Positions 1 through 12,830 of a stretch of 64,000 nucleotides of DNA are shown piece by piece (positions within the stretch are counted from its first letter, which is position 1; each line of letters begins with the position of its first letter). The DNA comes from the human T2T-CHM13v2.0 reference genome, Homo sapiens: the NCBI RefSeq assembly GCF_009914755.1, contig NC_060925.1; one strand, written 5' to 3'. Under the pieces are notes generated by a model, which was not told where the DNA came from, ran no database searches, and was given only the letters and a program-made list of their open reading frames with translations. Made by a program: the position numbers and the translations under genes.

Positions 1-138
1 TAGCTCCTAGATTATTACCAGTATCACTGACTATTGAATCTGACTTGGAAAGAGAGATGACGACAACAAAAGCTATATTAAGGAAAAATGTAACAGAATT
101 ACAGGAACAGACAAACCTAGATTAGTAAAAAGTCAGAA

Positions 139-413
139 TGTTTTGTTTTGTTTTGTTTTGTTTTTTTTGAGACAGGATCTCGCTCTGTCACCCAGGCTGG
201 AGTGCAGTAGCACCATCATGGCTCACTGCAGCCTCAAACTCCTGGCCTCAAGCAATTCTCTTGCCTCAGCCTCCCTAATAGCTGGGACTATAGGTGTGCT
301 GGGGCCTCACCAACTTGTTGACCAAGCTGGTCTCAAACTCCCAACCTCAAGTGATCCTCCTGCCTCAGCATCCCAAGGTGCTGGGCTTACAGGTGTGAGC
401 CACTGTGCCCAGC
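139..413 (-). mobile_element. Alu (old, AluJ-like; middle A-rich linker deleted)
   Basis: T-rich tail then gagacagg..cccaggctggagtgcagt..gtgagccactgtgcccagcc. Confidence 0.9.
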
Positions 414-442
414 CAAAGTCAGAATTTTACATAATTTTAAAA

Positions 443-546
443 TAGGTGTGGTGGTGCATGCCTGTAGTCCCAGATACTCAGAAGGCTGAGGCAGAAGGAT
501 CACTTTGAGCCCAGGAAGTAGAGGTTGCAGTGAGCCATGATCATGC
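443..546 (+). mobile_element. Alu monomer fragment
   Basis: ggtgtggtggtgcatgcctgtagtccca..gaggttgcagtgagcc. Confidence 0.8.
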
Positions 547-555
547 GCTCGCTCA

Positions 556-616
<61 letters not shown>
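547..616. repeat. Compound (CGCT)/(CT)n(AT)n microsatellite
   Basis: Read directly from the sequence. Confidence 0.95.
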
Positions 617-621
<5 letters not shown>

Positions 622-1181
622 AGTATTTATAAGTATCTATGATAAAACTCAGGACCTGTTAAATTGTAACAAGTTCTGAATTAGTAGGGCCTGAATTACT
701 GAGGTTTTTCTCATCTGAGGAGACCCTTCCCTGCCAAAACCAAGAAAATAAACTACAAAAGCATCCCCTGTCCCAAAAGTCTACATTTTAAAATACCTGT
801 TCTGCTCTGGGAGGTGGTTTAGCCCCCTAAATAAGAACCTTGTGCATTTGAAGACTCAAGTTCCCTATTGGGGGTATGAAAGTGGAAGAATCAAAGAAAG
901 CTTCAGTTCTTTATCCTTCTGAACTTCATCTTTCAAGGCAGAGTAGCACTTTGGGATGACTGTGGCCCTCGCAAGGCCCCAACTTATGTAAGATCACTTA
1001 CAAGTCACACATAATAGTGTCATTTTTCATGACCACCCAGTTTCAGACTTCAAGCTGATGTATCCACTAAGCTTGTTCCTTCCATTATCACCTTGCCAAG
1101 AATATCTAGTCAGTATTGGTCTCTCCCTTTCCTAACTACCCCTTTTTATTTACTGTATGTACTAGATGGTCTAACATTTGA

Positions 1182-1497
<316 letters not shown>

Positions 1498-3330
1498 AAC
1501 TTTCTTGAATTACACTCTGTTTTATGAGTGTGCATATTTTACCTCCTCAGAGAAGAGCTCTTTGAGATCAAAGAGCCATGTCTTAGATTCTGTAATTGTC
1601 GGTTTTATTCCTGTAAGTACTACTCACAAGGCTGGGCACATACAGGTGCTTAATGTAAATGCAGGGAATGAATGCTGCTGCCTGAGATTTGATCTCTCCG
1701 CTCCTATCCCATTTAGCCATCTGGAAAGGAGTCAGAGGCCACACACACTTGAGAATCTTATTTCTAACATGAAGGCTAACCATAGATCTTCCCAAGTCAA
1801 TTCAGATTCCTGTTTATTGCAATTTGCTAGTATATTGGTCACTCCAAAATATGTGAGTTAATATTTTTGTTTTTGTGGGAATCAAAAGAGAAAAAGCCTG
1901 TGGAATCTACTAGAAATAAAAAGTTCTACCCTATGTTACTTAGGTCCCAAGTATTAATATTTATTTCCTCATGAAATGTGAGGTCTGGAGAGCCTCACTA
2001 ATTCCTTTGTAAAAGTTTTGATTCACAGCCTAGTCCAAATAAAAATAAAGTTACTGCTACCCAAACAGGCTGCTGGACTGTGACATTTACCATATGAAAA
2101 AACCCGTCTCTTCCCAGGCTTCATGGAAAGCTTACTTCCTAAATAGGTATAATGGTGGTCAGTAACATCATGACAGGCTAGTGGGGAGAGACCTGGAATC
2201 TCAATTAGAGAAATGGAGTGAAACTCAAACAGTGGGATTTAAGGCCTAAATAAGGACTTTTAAAATTTACGATATACTCTATGCTGTATTCTAACAATAT
2301 TTTGGAGGGACTGATCAGGCTTCTTAGGTGTTCATTGAGGCTGTGTTTTTTTTTAAAATCATCTGAATGTATTTCATAGTTTCAGATGCCCATACACATC
2401 TGTGTGAACCTAAAACTCCAAGCTATGGGGAAAGTAAATATAGATATTAAATGTGAGAAATGTGACCCATGTGCTAGAGCCACACAAGTTTTAGAGCTCC
2501 TCATTCCCCTGTTGGTCATTTTCATCCTATATAGTACACAGCATGTGAAAGCCTCGATGGAAAATATGCCGGAGGCTGCAAATGCATTTATGAATCACAA
2601 GAGTTTATGAATTATACATATAAAATGGCTTGCCTTAGGTATTTTATGGAGGCCTTAGTATATCCATATATTTCCTTCTACAATGAGTGCATTTTGTGAG
2701 TTTCCAAAAGATCAGAAATTCTTCAGAAGCTGGGAATATTCACAAAAGGGAGGTGCAGGTCTGCATAGATGCTAAGAGCTTTAAAATTCTAATAATATTA
2801 GGTAGCACAATAGAGACAACAAAAGATGAGTCTATCATTTAATGAACTTAATGGTTTTTCTTTTAAAATATAGTGATATGTGCTGCAATATGTGAGATGA
2901 TGTTACATGATATCATTTTTACATGCCTTAAATTGATAGGGTAGTCACAATCTGGCATATGAGATTTTTCAGAAATATTTATAATATGAACTGAATGTAA
3001 ATACTGTATTTGACTATGTTTAACTTTTTGTTCTATATGTATTAAGTAGTCAGTAAAGACAAATCAAGACATATAATATGATGAAGACATATGTGATTTA
3101 ATACTTGCTTTTAAAAGTTAATTTTTCCTTGGAAGTATACTCTCTTACACATATGTATACCAGGTCACATGGACGCCTGTTTTTTTCCCTGCATAAGACA
3201 GCACTTTTGGTATTGCCCTGATTCTGAATGTATGTAATCACCTAGTGCAGCTGAGAGGCCATGTGCTATGGATGTTTCTTTTAGGATGTTACAGATAAAT
3301 TAAACCATTTTTTTTTTTAAGGGAGATCCT

Positions 3331-3899
3331 TGTGATAGTTGGAATTTCTAAAATGCCTCCCCAAAAGGTCCTCACCTGATCTGTAGAACCCACGTATATG
3401 ACAAGATAGCTCTCGCATGATTGTTCTGTTACATAGCACAGTTGACCTTAAGTTAGGGAGGTTTTCCTGGGTGGGCCTGAGCTAATCACATGAGCCTGTG
3501 AAGGCAGAGAGCCTTCTCAGCAGATGATGGAACGGGAAGCCAGAGAAATGTGAAGTGCGAAAAGAACTCAGTGCTTCATTGCTGGTTTGAAAATCAGAAG
3601 GGCCATGTGAAAAGGAATATAGGAGCTTCTGCAAGCAGTAAGCAGCCACTACCCTGCAAGGCAGTGGGTACCTGAAACCTCACAGGACTGGATTCCTGCC
3701 AACAGCCTGGATGAGCTTGAAGCAGATTCTTCCCCAGATGCTCCTGATAAAAGCCAGCAGCAGACTCCTTGATTTCAGACCGTTGAGAACTTGAGGAGGG
3801 AACCCAGCAGAACTGTGCAGACTTCTGACCTACAAAACTGTGAGATAATAAATGGTTTTAAGCCACTAAATTTTGTTTTGGCAGCAATAGAAAACTAAT
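3331..3899 (+). mobile_element. MaLR (MLT1-type) solo LTR
   Basis: Starts tgtgat; contains gcagattcttcccca and acttctgacctaca..actgtgagataataaat..ttttaagccact; ends gcagcaatagaaaactaat. Confidence 0.75.
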
Positions 3900-6800
3900 G
3901 AAATTGAAAATTTGATGATAATTTTTTTGATATAAAAAACAGCATAGGCCTCATTATCATTGCCCTCTACTGTCACATCTTTGCATAAATCTTGGAAGTT
4001 GTTGTTCCACCCTCACATTTATTTCCAGATTATGCAGGATCCCCAGATAAATTACTAGAACAATGCAGGCTTCACTTCAAAGTTAGAGACTGGTAGATTC
4101 TCTTTATTTCAAGTTTCCTAAGAATCTTCTCTGTTTGAATTATGAAGAAATCTTTTCCCTTAAGATAGAAGGATGGAAAACTTTTGTCTCTCTTAGACTT
4201 ATATATGAAACCAGAATGATTCTTAAACTCAAAAGTTACAAAATTATACTATTTTGCAATTAACTCAGACCATGATTAGGTTTGCAGTACCTCTGAAAAT
4301 TTGAAGGGTCCTTGCTGCAGCCACACTCACATCATTGGCTTGTTCATCATCAGTCAATATTCTGAGAAAACTGAAGGGAAAGAAGATGGTTCTCTGTAGA
4401 CCATCCCAGAATAGCTCAAATTGTTTCCCCTGGCTCAGCTAGTACACAAGAACATAATATAAAATGTTCCTTCTGCTTAGTCCCTCTTCAGGAGAAAATG
4501 TAAATAGAAGTTTTTTCCCATCACTGTGGGGTCAAGCCATGACTTCAAAAGGAACTTGAGTTAAACCAGTTTCAGCCTTGGCAGCAGACATGTGACTTGG
4601 TCTCATTCCTTTCCCTTGGGCCCAGCTTTCCTGAGCCACAATTTTATTTTAAACTTGGTAGGAGTTTGGTTTTAATTATGTGCCTTCCTGAACTCCTGAT
4701 AACTTTCAAGTTAAAAGTTTTTGTGGGGATTTTTCTAAGCCAGTCTCTGGTGTTTTGAGGGCCCTACACATTTCACAAATCAAAACCAGTCTGGTTTCTG
4801 TCCCTTTCTAGGATTGCCATCTGAATTAATGGTGATCTTCATTCTGTTCTTTTATTAGAAACAGGCCCAAGCAATGAGATTATTACGGGAGAATTTCAAG
4901 AGGTATGAAAGAAAGAAGTCTGCTTCTTAGTTTTGGGACATTTTTAAAACTATGGTCTATCCAGCTAATCATTCTTTTTACCTCTACTCTACAATGTATT
5001 CATATTGGTTTCTGAGCAGCTTTTAGTCTCTTCTTCTCTAGAGTCTCATTTACATTATCTGTTGTCCCCAGTTGGGCCATAAAAGCTGTGAAAGTAATTC
5101 CTTCTTTGAACAGTTTCTATCTAGTTCAGACACACTAGAGAGTCTCATTTTAGTGGCCATCATTTGTCTTCAACAGAAGGTAGAGCAAAACAATCTTTAA
5201 CAAAAACACTTAGAGAAGTTCTAAGACTTCCAGATTAGAGCATACAGCATAATAAATTTGTGAATTAACCTACCAATTGGAGAAAAGGTTCATGCCTTTT
5301 CTAAAATATATGATATCATCATGTGCAGATAAGCTATTCAGACTCTACTTACAGAGTAGACTAACTTCTGTTTTTGAGAAGAGAGAGGGAGTGTACAGAG
5401 GAGGAGGATGGAAGGATGGGACCATTGCCAGAGCATAGATAAGATGAGTCCGCATTCCTAGCCTCTAAAGGATCATCGATTTGGCTGGAGTCCCTAAGCC
5501 TTGTGTTCTAGGACTTCCCCTTATTTTCTGCCCACTCAGCTGACCTCTTAGAATCCTCTTCTCTGGGAGAAGCTTCAGTGTTCATTTCCCTACCTTATGT
5601 TCTGCTTGCCTCTTCTGATGTCACTTCCTGGCTCACTGTTCCCCTGAGATTACTTAGGCAAACTCCCACTCTGTCTTATCTCCTCTAGATTTACTTAGTA
5701 GTCTCCCTGCAGGGTTGGCAGTCAGCTTTCTTGAATGAAGTCGTGTTAGTCTAACAGTTGATTTGATCTGTGCTTAGTTTGAATGACAGGAGGATGAAGA
5801 GGAAAAATTAAAGTTAAGTCTTCTGAGTCAATCCAGCCACTCTGCTTCTTTACCCAAGAAACCCCATCTTCTCTCTCCCTAAATCCAACTAGTGTTTTTT
5901 CATCAAACCCCGGATTATCTAGGGTATCAAGAAGCCAAGCAAAACACTAGTTTCTAGAGGTATTCCACCAATGAAAATTAGTTAGGAAGTATGATCTAAA
6001 AACCAAAGCCATTTTATCAGAATTGGGGGAATTAAACATTAAACCCTATATACTTTTAAGCTATCTTGTCTTACTCTTTTTAGGCTAAAAACCTGAAAGG
6101 AAACCATTTCTATTACAGCGAGAATAATTCACCCTTAGAAGTCCAGTTTTCTTCCTTTTTTGAAATAATATTGTTTGTATTAAGGTAACTGTGTTACTCC
6201 TACTGCATCCAAAGCTCACTAATCTCTGAGGTTTTAGGAGATTTATCTACTCTCCTCTAATTGGTAGGGTTGACTTTCCCAGGACATTGCTAAGGTTAGC
6301 CCCTGAAGGCAATAATATTTAAAAAAATAAAAAATAAAGGATTCCACATAGCTCCAAAAGTCAGGTAAAAGCTGGAGGGAATTAGAGATAGCAAGGAAAG
6401 ATCAAGGATTAACTTGCAAGCTCTATTTTCTCTAATATCTGGATCTAGGAAAATTGTCTACCGCCTTGTCTGCTGGATCACTCATCACCTACGCATTTTA
6501 TAAAAGGCTACCCAAAAAGAAATTGTTAACAAGGAATGTTAACAAGCCTTTAAAAGCTAATAAACAACAGACTGTGGTGTTTGCTTTCAGTTACTCCTGG
6601 CAAGCAGAAGTAAGAGCGTAGGTCATCAACTTCCTAGGTGGCTGTAGGGAACACCTCCTACAGTAAGCCTATAGGGACAAAAACTGGTATGGGAATCACA
6701 AGTGTGAGCACCATTATCATTACCTTCCTCCACATGCTCTCATTTGTGGAAAAATTAATCTAGGCCTCTCGAAAACCCTATGGAATCTGCCTTTTCATGT

Positions 6801-7107
6801 CCAGGAACCCTGTGGGCTTTTTCTGATTGCTGCTTGATAGTGCTAACCTATTTTTTGTGTTTTTCAATTTTTAAGTGTTTGTATTTTATGTCAACCTCCT
6901 CAGTGAAGGTCATACAGTATAAACAGCCATACTATACAGCCATATATCTGAAAACTTTCTTGGCTTAATTGTGCTTCTAGAACATTCTAAATGAAAAGGG
7001 TTAATGTCATTTAAAAAGTAAAGCAATGGAAATTATTAGCATGCTTTGATTTATAGATAATGGCTAAGATTGATGCTTGGTAAAACCCTAATTTTCCTGT
7101 TTTAATG

Positions 7108-7145
<38 letters not shown>
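7108..7145 (+). repeat. A38 homopolymer (a second A-run at ~7256-7275)
   Basis: Read directly from the sequence. Confidence 0.95.
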
Positions 7146-7148
<3 letters not shown>

Positions 7149-7665
7149 TGTTTCGTCACCATAGAGGCAGCTGCCAGAGTCTACACAGCAGAATTTAAAA
7201 CTAAAGATATAGTAAAATCTTACCCAACAAATAGGATATTTACAAAGAAGAAACTAAAAAAAAAAAAAAAAAAAATTCAAGTGAGGTTTCACATTTCAAG
7301 AAAAAGTCAGCAGCAAAAAAGCATGATTTAATTGTCAGAAAGTTAGGCCTCAGTCTGCACACCATGGAGAAATGAGCTCCTAGTTCAATAGGAGGAGGAA
7401 AAGGCCCAAGGGACCAGTTTGATTGTAAACAGGTCATTTTTCCATACCTAAGACGATGTGGAAAGTACATCTTTGGAAAGAGTGTCAAGAATGCTACCCC
7501 CATATGAAGGGTATAGTTTGAAGGCTGTTCTACTCAGAAGCACTGAGAGAAACTAAATGGTCTTCTAAATTATTGTTTCATTTGGTTACATGTGAATTCA
7601 ATTCCTTGAACCAAAGGTACGAAGTTTTAACTTGGTACTCTAACCAGCATCAATAGCCAATATAA

Positions 7666-7995
<330 letters not shown>

Positions 7996-8774
7996 TGAAA
8001 GCAGAGGAATGGTGGCAGGGAAGCTGACATTTTAAGAGTTCACTTCCTTGTAGTTATCACAGTTAATTCTTACTGTTAGAATAAGTGGTAACTTGCCAAG
8101 GTCACATTGCTAGATGTCAGAGCAGAAATTAGAAATCAGGTCTAGCCAAGGCCATCACACTTCTCAGAGCATTAACAATTCAATTCAGTTAGTGTTTATT
8201 GAACACCTATTGTGTTCTGGCCCTGTAGGTACTAAAAATATAATTAGGAATAAGATGGAATTTTAGGGAAACGTTCCCTCCATAACAATATGTTTTTTTA
8301 AAAAATGTATGTATCTCTTCTGGATCTTTGTTATCAGAAAAAAAAATGTGTGTTTGTGTGTGTTTCTCTAATATGATCTTCCCAAAACTCCTATCTTTTA
8401 GGAGGTTTTCTTAGTTGGAGCCAATGGGTTACCACTGTTATCTCCATAGCACGTATTCTCATGTTTTCCCTACATTGCTTCAGGCGAACTTGTTAATTAT
8501 GTTCACAGTGCTCTCCTGGTTCTGTCGTGCAACTTGTTCTGCTTCTTCCTCAGTGCCTCCTCTACAGGGCTCTGCACACAGTGGGCTGTTAAATACAATA
8601 GATGCTTTACATTTGCTGGTATGGAGTTCAGGCTCAATTATTCACAAGTATTTGACATGTCACAATAAATAGTTTTCCTGGACGTGAATTTTAATTCACC
8701 CAGATGCTAGGTCTTCTCACAAAGCTAATGAGTGACATAGCCCATAGCCCAGGATCTCAGCTTCACTTGGATAC

Positions 8775-9076
8775 TTTTTGTTTGTTTGTTTTGTTTTGAG
8801 ACAAGGCCTCACTCTGTCACCCAGGCTGAAGTGCAGTGGCACAAACACAGCTCACTGCAGCCTCGACCTCTTGTGCTCAAGTGATCCTCCTGCCTCGGCT
8901 TTCCATGTAGCATGGATCACAGGTGCCCACCACCATGCCCAGCTAACTTCTTAAAAATTATTTTGTAGAGATGGGGTCTGCCATGTTGCCCAGACTGGTC
9001 TTGAACTCCTGGGCTCAAGTGATTCTCCTGCCTCCAGAGTGCTGGGATTACAGGTGTGAGCCACTGTGCCCAGCCC
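8775..9076 (-). mobile_element. Alu (AluJ-like)
   Basis: cactgcagcctcgacctc and actcctgggctcaag. Confidence 0.9.
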
Positions 9077-9395
9077 TATATATGTGTTAGTTCTTGAGAG
9101 GTGATTAAAATTTAGTTTCTTTTTTGAAAAAAGATATCAAGAAAAAAAAACTTAAGGTAAAGTTGAGAAAGTAGGCAATGATAGTGTGGGGTATACATAT
9201 GAATGCCACTAGAGATTAGATATATAAATGTGGGACAGGAAAAATGCCTGGAATTGTCCTGAATTTTAGATTTCCAACTTTCAGGATTCTCAACTCAATG
9301 TATGAGAATATACCATATACTTTTCTTAATGAGTCCTAATGATTCCCCCACCTCAAATGGGGGCATGTCTCCATGTTCAAAAACCTTCGTTTAGT

Positions 9396-9568
9396 CCAGC
9401 GGTATTTAACCAGGGCTGTACAGCAGAATCACCTGGGGTACTTTTTAAAAATACATATAGGAAGGCTGCATTCTAGACCTACTGAAACAGCATCTCCAGT
9501 ATTGAGGTTAGGACATGTACATTTTGCAAAAGTGTGCAGGATTATTCTGATGAGTATAACCCCTGATT
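9396..9568. mobile_element. MER5A-like hAT DNA transposon remnant
   Basis: cagaatcacctggg..aaaatacat..agacctactgaa..gattattctgatg. Confidence 0.6.
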
Positions 9569-10668
9569 TAAAGAGAGATTCTATGAGGAAATGTCATCGT
9601 TTATCAAGGTGACTCTATTCAGTCCTCTTTAGTCATATGTGCTGTCACTGTATACCTCTCCTGGACAGCTGTAGGGTGTGGTGTGTTGGGTTGTCCTGCT
9701 ATGTTGTTTGACAAACCAGTGGCTTCCAGGGACTGTTTAATGCAAAGCAGTGTCATTGAGTGACTCCTCAGAAGTTCAAGGATTCATTATCCATTTTGTA
9801 GATTATTGGACCTTTGCTTCTCTTCCTCCTCTTGTCTGTCTTGAAGATTTTGTTGTTCTTTAACACTTCAGAAAGGGAAATAATTAAGTGCATTTAAATC
9901 AATTGAATTTTTATTTGCCAGAGTTCTTTAAAAAAAAAAAAAGGGATAGGAGGGTAAAGGTCATCTACAGTAAAAAGTAAATGTCAAACACAGACATAAG
10001 CACTTTTTGTTGTGTGATTTGTTTACAATGACCAAGCTTACTGGTTGTATCTATAAAACTCCTTTCTTTTGAGACCTCAGAGTACCTACTTTTTTTTTTT
10101 TTCTAACCAGCATCCTAGGGACAAGGATGGGAGTTTCTCCCCTCTCCCTTACTCTTCTACTTTCACTAGCAACCTAGGAGAAACTGAGGAAGTCTCCTGA
10201 GTTTTAATATTTGTAGTTGCAGTATTCACTCAGGGCAAGTTTGGGAGTTTGTGAACAAAGGAAATTAATAGAATGAATGTTGAGATCCAGAGAGGCCAAA
10301 TGTCACATAGAAAGTCAGTGATAGTCACTCCTAGAACACAAGCTTGGCTAGTTAGTTGGGTGGGGAGTTGGGGGCAGTTTTTGATCATTTTACATTTTGC
10401 TAACTTCTAGTTTAAAAAGGTGCTATCCCTAATGCCTCAAATCTAGTGAATCATGGCATGCAAAGAAGTGTGAACTAGGGCTAAGTCACCTTTGTGTAGT
10501 CAATTTGATTGCTTTTCTTAAATGGCACCCCCATCTCCAGCTGTGAAGTTCAGCCATCTGATTTGAAAAGTGCATTTATAGATGGAAATAATACAAATCA
10601 GTCTCTTGCTAATGCTGTTTTCTTTTCTTTTTTCTTTTTTTGTTTTTGTTTTTGTCTCCTTTCTCTAG

Positions 10669-10685
10669 CATGAAAGACTTTCTAG
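10669..10685 (+). CDS. PPP1R12B: PPP1R12B 17-nt coding microexon (HERLS + first 2 nt of Arg)
   Basis: Long polypyrimidine tract ...ttctctag|CATGAAAGACTTTCTAG|gtaaga. It joins the next exon as AG|G=Arg to give HERLSRLESGGSNP, matching my recollection of MYPT2. Confidence 0.9.
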
Positions 10686-10769
10686 GTAAGAACTCTCCCT
10701 GTTATATATGCATGCTTAATACTTGTGAGTGAATGCATGTCGAATTAAACTTAGCTTTATATAATAATT

Positions 10770-11230
10770 CAGTAATGTTTCTCACATCCTTTCCATCCTT
10801 TTCATTTCCACAGCCACCACAATAATTCAGACTTTTATTACCTCCTGCCCAAAGCAATGGAACAAGCTTTTCAATTTACCTTCCTGCTTCCAGATTCTCC
10901 TCTTTCCAGTTCACCTTGTAGACTTCCACTAGATTAATTTTTTTTAAAGCACCAGCGTACCAGGCACCATGCTCGGTATTAGGGAAACAACATGAATAAG
11001 ACAGTATCCTTACCTTCAATTAGCTAACAAGCCAGTAGAGAGACAGATCATTTCAACAGAACATAGTAAGTGCCCATTAGAAGTACAGACAGGTATTCTG
11101 AGCACAGAGAAGAGCAATTAATCTAATCTGATGGTTCAGATTGAGGTTAGATACTGTTATTTAATAGTGGATCCAACAAAATACCTTATACCTAGATGAT
11201 GCTCCTTAGTAGTTTGTTGAATGAACAAAC
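10770..11230. mobile_element. L2 fragments
   Basis: ccaggcaccatgct..aacatgaataagaca and tttgttgaatgaa. Confidence 0.5.
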
Positions 11231-12039
11231 TAAAGACCTGTTTTGCAATTGCTGAAAAATTAAAGAAGGATATCAAAATTGGGGGAATGACCCTCTGCAG
11301 TTTTTCACCTAGTATCTAAGGGTACAAAACTAATCTTCTGAAAGAAGAAACTAAATAAAAAATAATAGACTATAGAGCCAAAAGTTGGAATCTTTCTTTT
11401 TCTACTGTTACTCTGATGGAGAAATTAAGAGATTGGGAGAAGATATAGTTATGGGACTATAGGCCAAATGAGTTTCCTTATAATTTGTTTGGTATTGAGC
11501 TGGTTCTGTCTTATTAATATATTCTAATGTTCTTCTTCTGCTTGCCCTCTCACCAGGCAGCAGCTGAGGACAAATCATTTACTTCTAACCTAGCAGAAAA
11601 TTACTTAGTTTTGCAAAATTGTTGGAGAGTGGTATTTTGCCGTAATCTTTTGTGAACTCTCTCGTATTATAATAGCCATTTGTGAAAGGAAACTTTTTCC
11701 CACAGACTTCAAAATATGCTATGAAGCTGTACCAATTAAAACAGTGAAGCACTAGCTCAAGAATAAACAAAGAGACCTATGGAACACAATCCATAGCCCC
11801 CCAAAAATCACATGTATAAGGTGACTTCATCTCAGTGAGGAAATAATTATTCAGTAAGTGATCATTAGGACAGTTGATTATCTGTTTGAGCAATTATATC
11901 CTTCCCTTCAGCCATACCGAGAAACAAATGGATTTCAGTTGGCTTACAATTTGTAAGAGAAAAGTGTTTTACCATAAAAGTTAGCAGAAGAGAATATTTT
12001 ATAATCTTTATATAGGAAAAGCCTTTCCAAGTGTGATAC

Positions 12040-12575
12040 CATTACCGGAAAGGGGTCCTGATTCAGACCCCAAGAGAGGGTTCTTGGATCTCACGCAAGA
12101 AAGAATTCAGGGAGAGTCCATTAAGTGAAAGCAAGTTTATTAGGAAAGTAAAGGAATAAAAGAATAGCTACTCCATAGACAGAGCAGCTGGTTGCCCGTT
12201 TTTATGGTTATTTCTTGTTTATATGCTAAACAAGGGGTGGATTATTCATGCCTGCCCTTTTTAGACCATATGTTGTAACTTCCTGACTTTGCCATGGCAT
12301 TTGTAAGCTGTTATGGTGTTGGTGGGAGTGTAGCAGTGAGGATGACCAGAGGACACTCTCACGGCCATCTTGGTTTTGTGGGTTTTAGCCAGCTTCTTCA
12401 CTGCCACCTGCTTTATCAGCAAGGTCTTTATGACCTGTATCTTGTGCCAGCCTCCTATCTCATTCAGTGACTTAAAACGCCTTAACCGTCTGGGAATGCA
12501 GCCCAGTAGGTCTCAGCCTCATTTTACCCAGCCCCTATTCAAGATGGAGTTGCTGTGGTTCAAATGTCTCTGACA
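12040..12575 (-). mobile_element. MER41A-like ERV1 solo LTR with 4-bp TSD ATAC
   Basis: Minus strand starts TGTCAGAGACATTTGAACCACAGCAACTCCATCTTGAATAGGGGCTGGG and ends GGACCCCTTTCCGGTAA; ATAC at 12036-12039 and 12576-12579. Confidence 0.88.
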
Positions 12576-12704
12576 ATACCATAAAGATAAAAATCATCAA
12601 ATTTAATTATATAAAATTTAAAATCTCTAAGTAAGACACTATAAACAGAGACAGAAAGTGAAGTGGGAAAAAATATTTGCTGCCTATATTAGTTTTAAAA
12701 GCCC

Positions 12705-12830
12705 GATGACGAGTTAGTGGGTGCAGTGCACCAGCATGTCACATGTATACATATGTAACTAACCTGCACATTGTGCACATGTACCCTAAAACTTAAAGTA
12801 TAATAATAAAAAAATAAAAATAAAAAAAAT
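12705..12830 (+). mobile_element. Severely 5'-truncated young L1 (L1PA2-like) with TSD AAAAGCCC
   Basis: GATGACGAGTTAGTGGGTGCAG...CCCTAAAACTTAAAGTATAAT plus A tail; TSD at 12697-12704 and 12831-12838; TT/AAAA endonuclease site. Confidence 0.9.

Noticed and set aside
143-445. 100-aa ORF, and similar ORFs at 1182, 7782, 14882, 23395, 25942, 34514, 36842, 60236 and 63109
   Set aside because: Translations of Alu sequence (LECSG.., PASASQ..); not genes.
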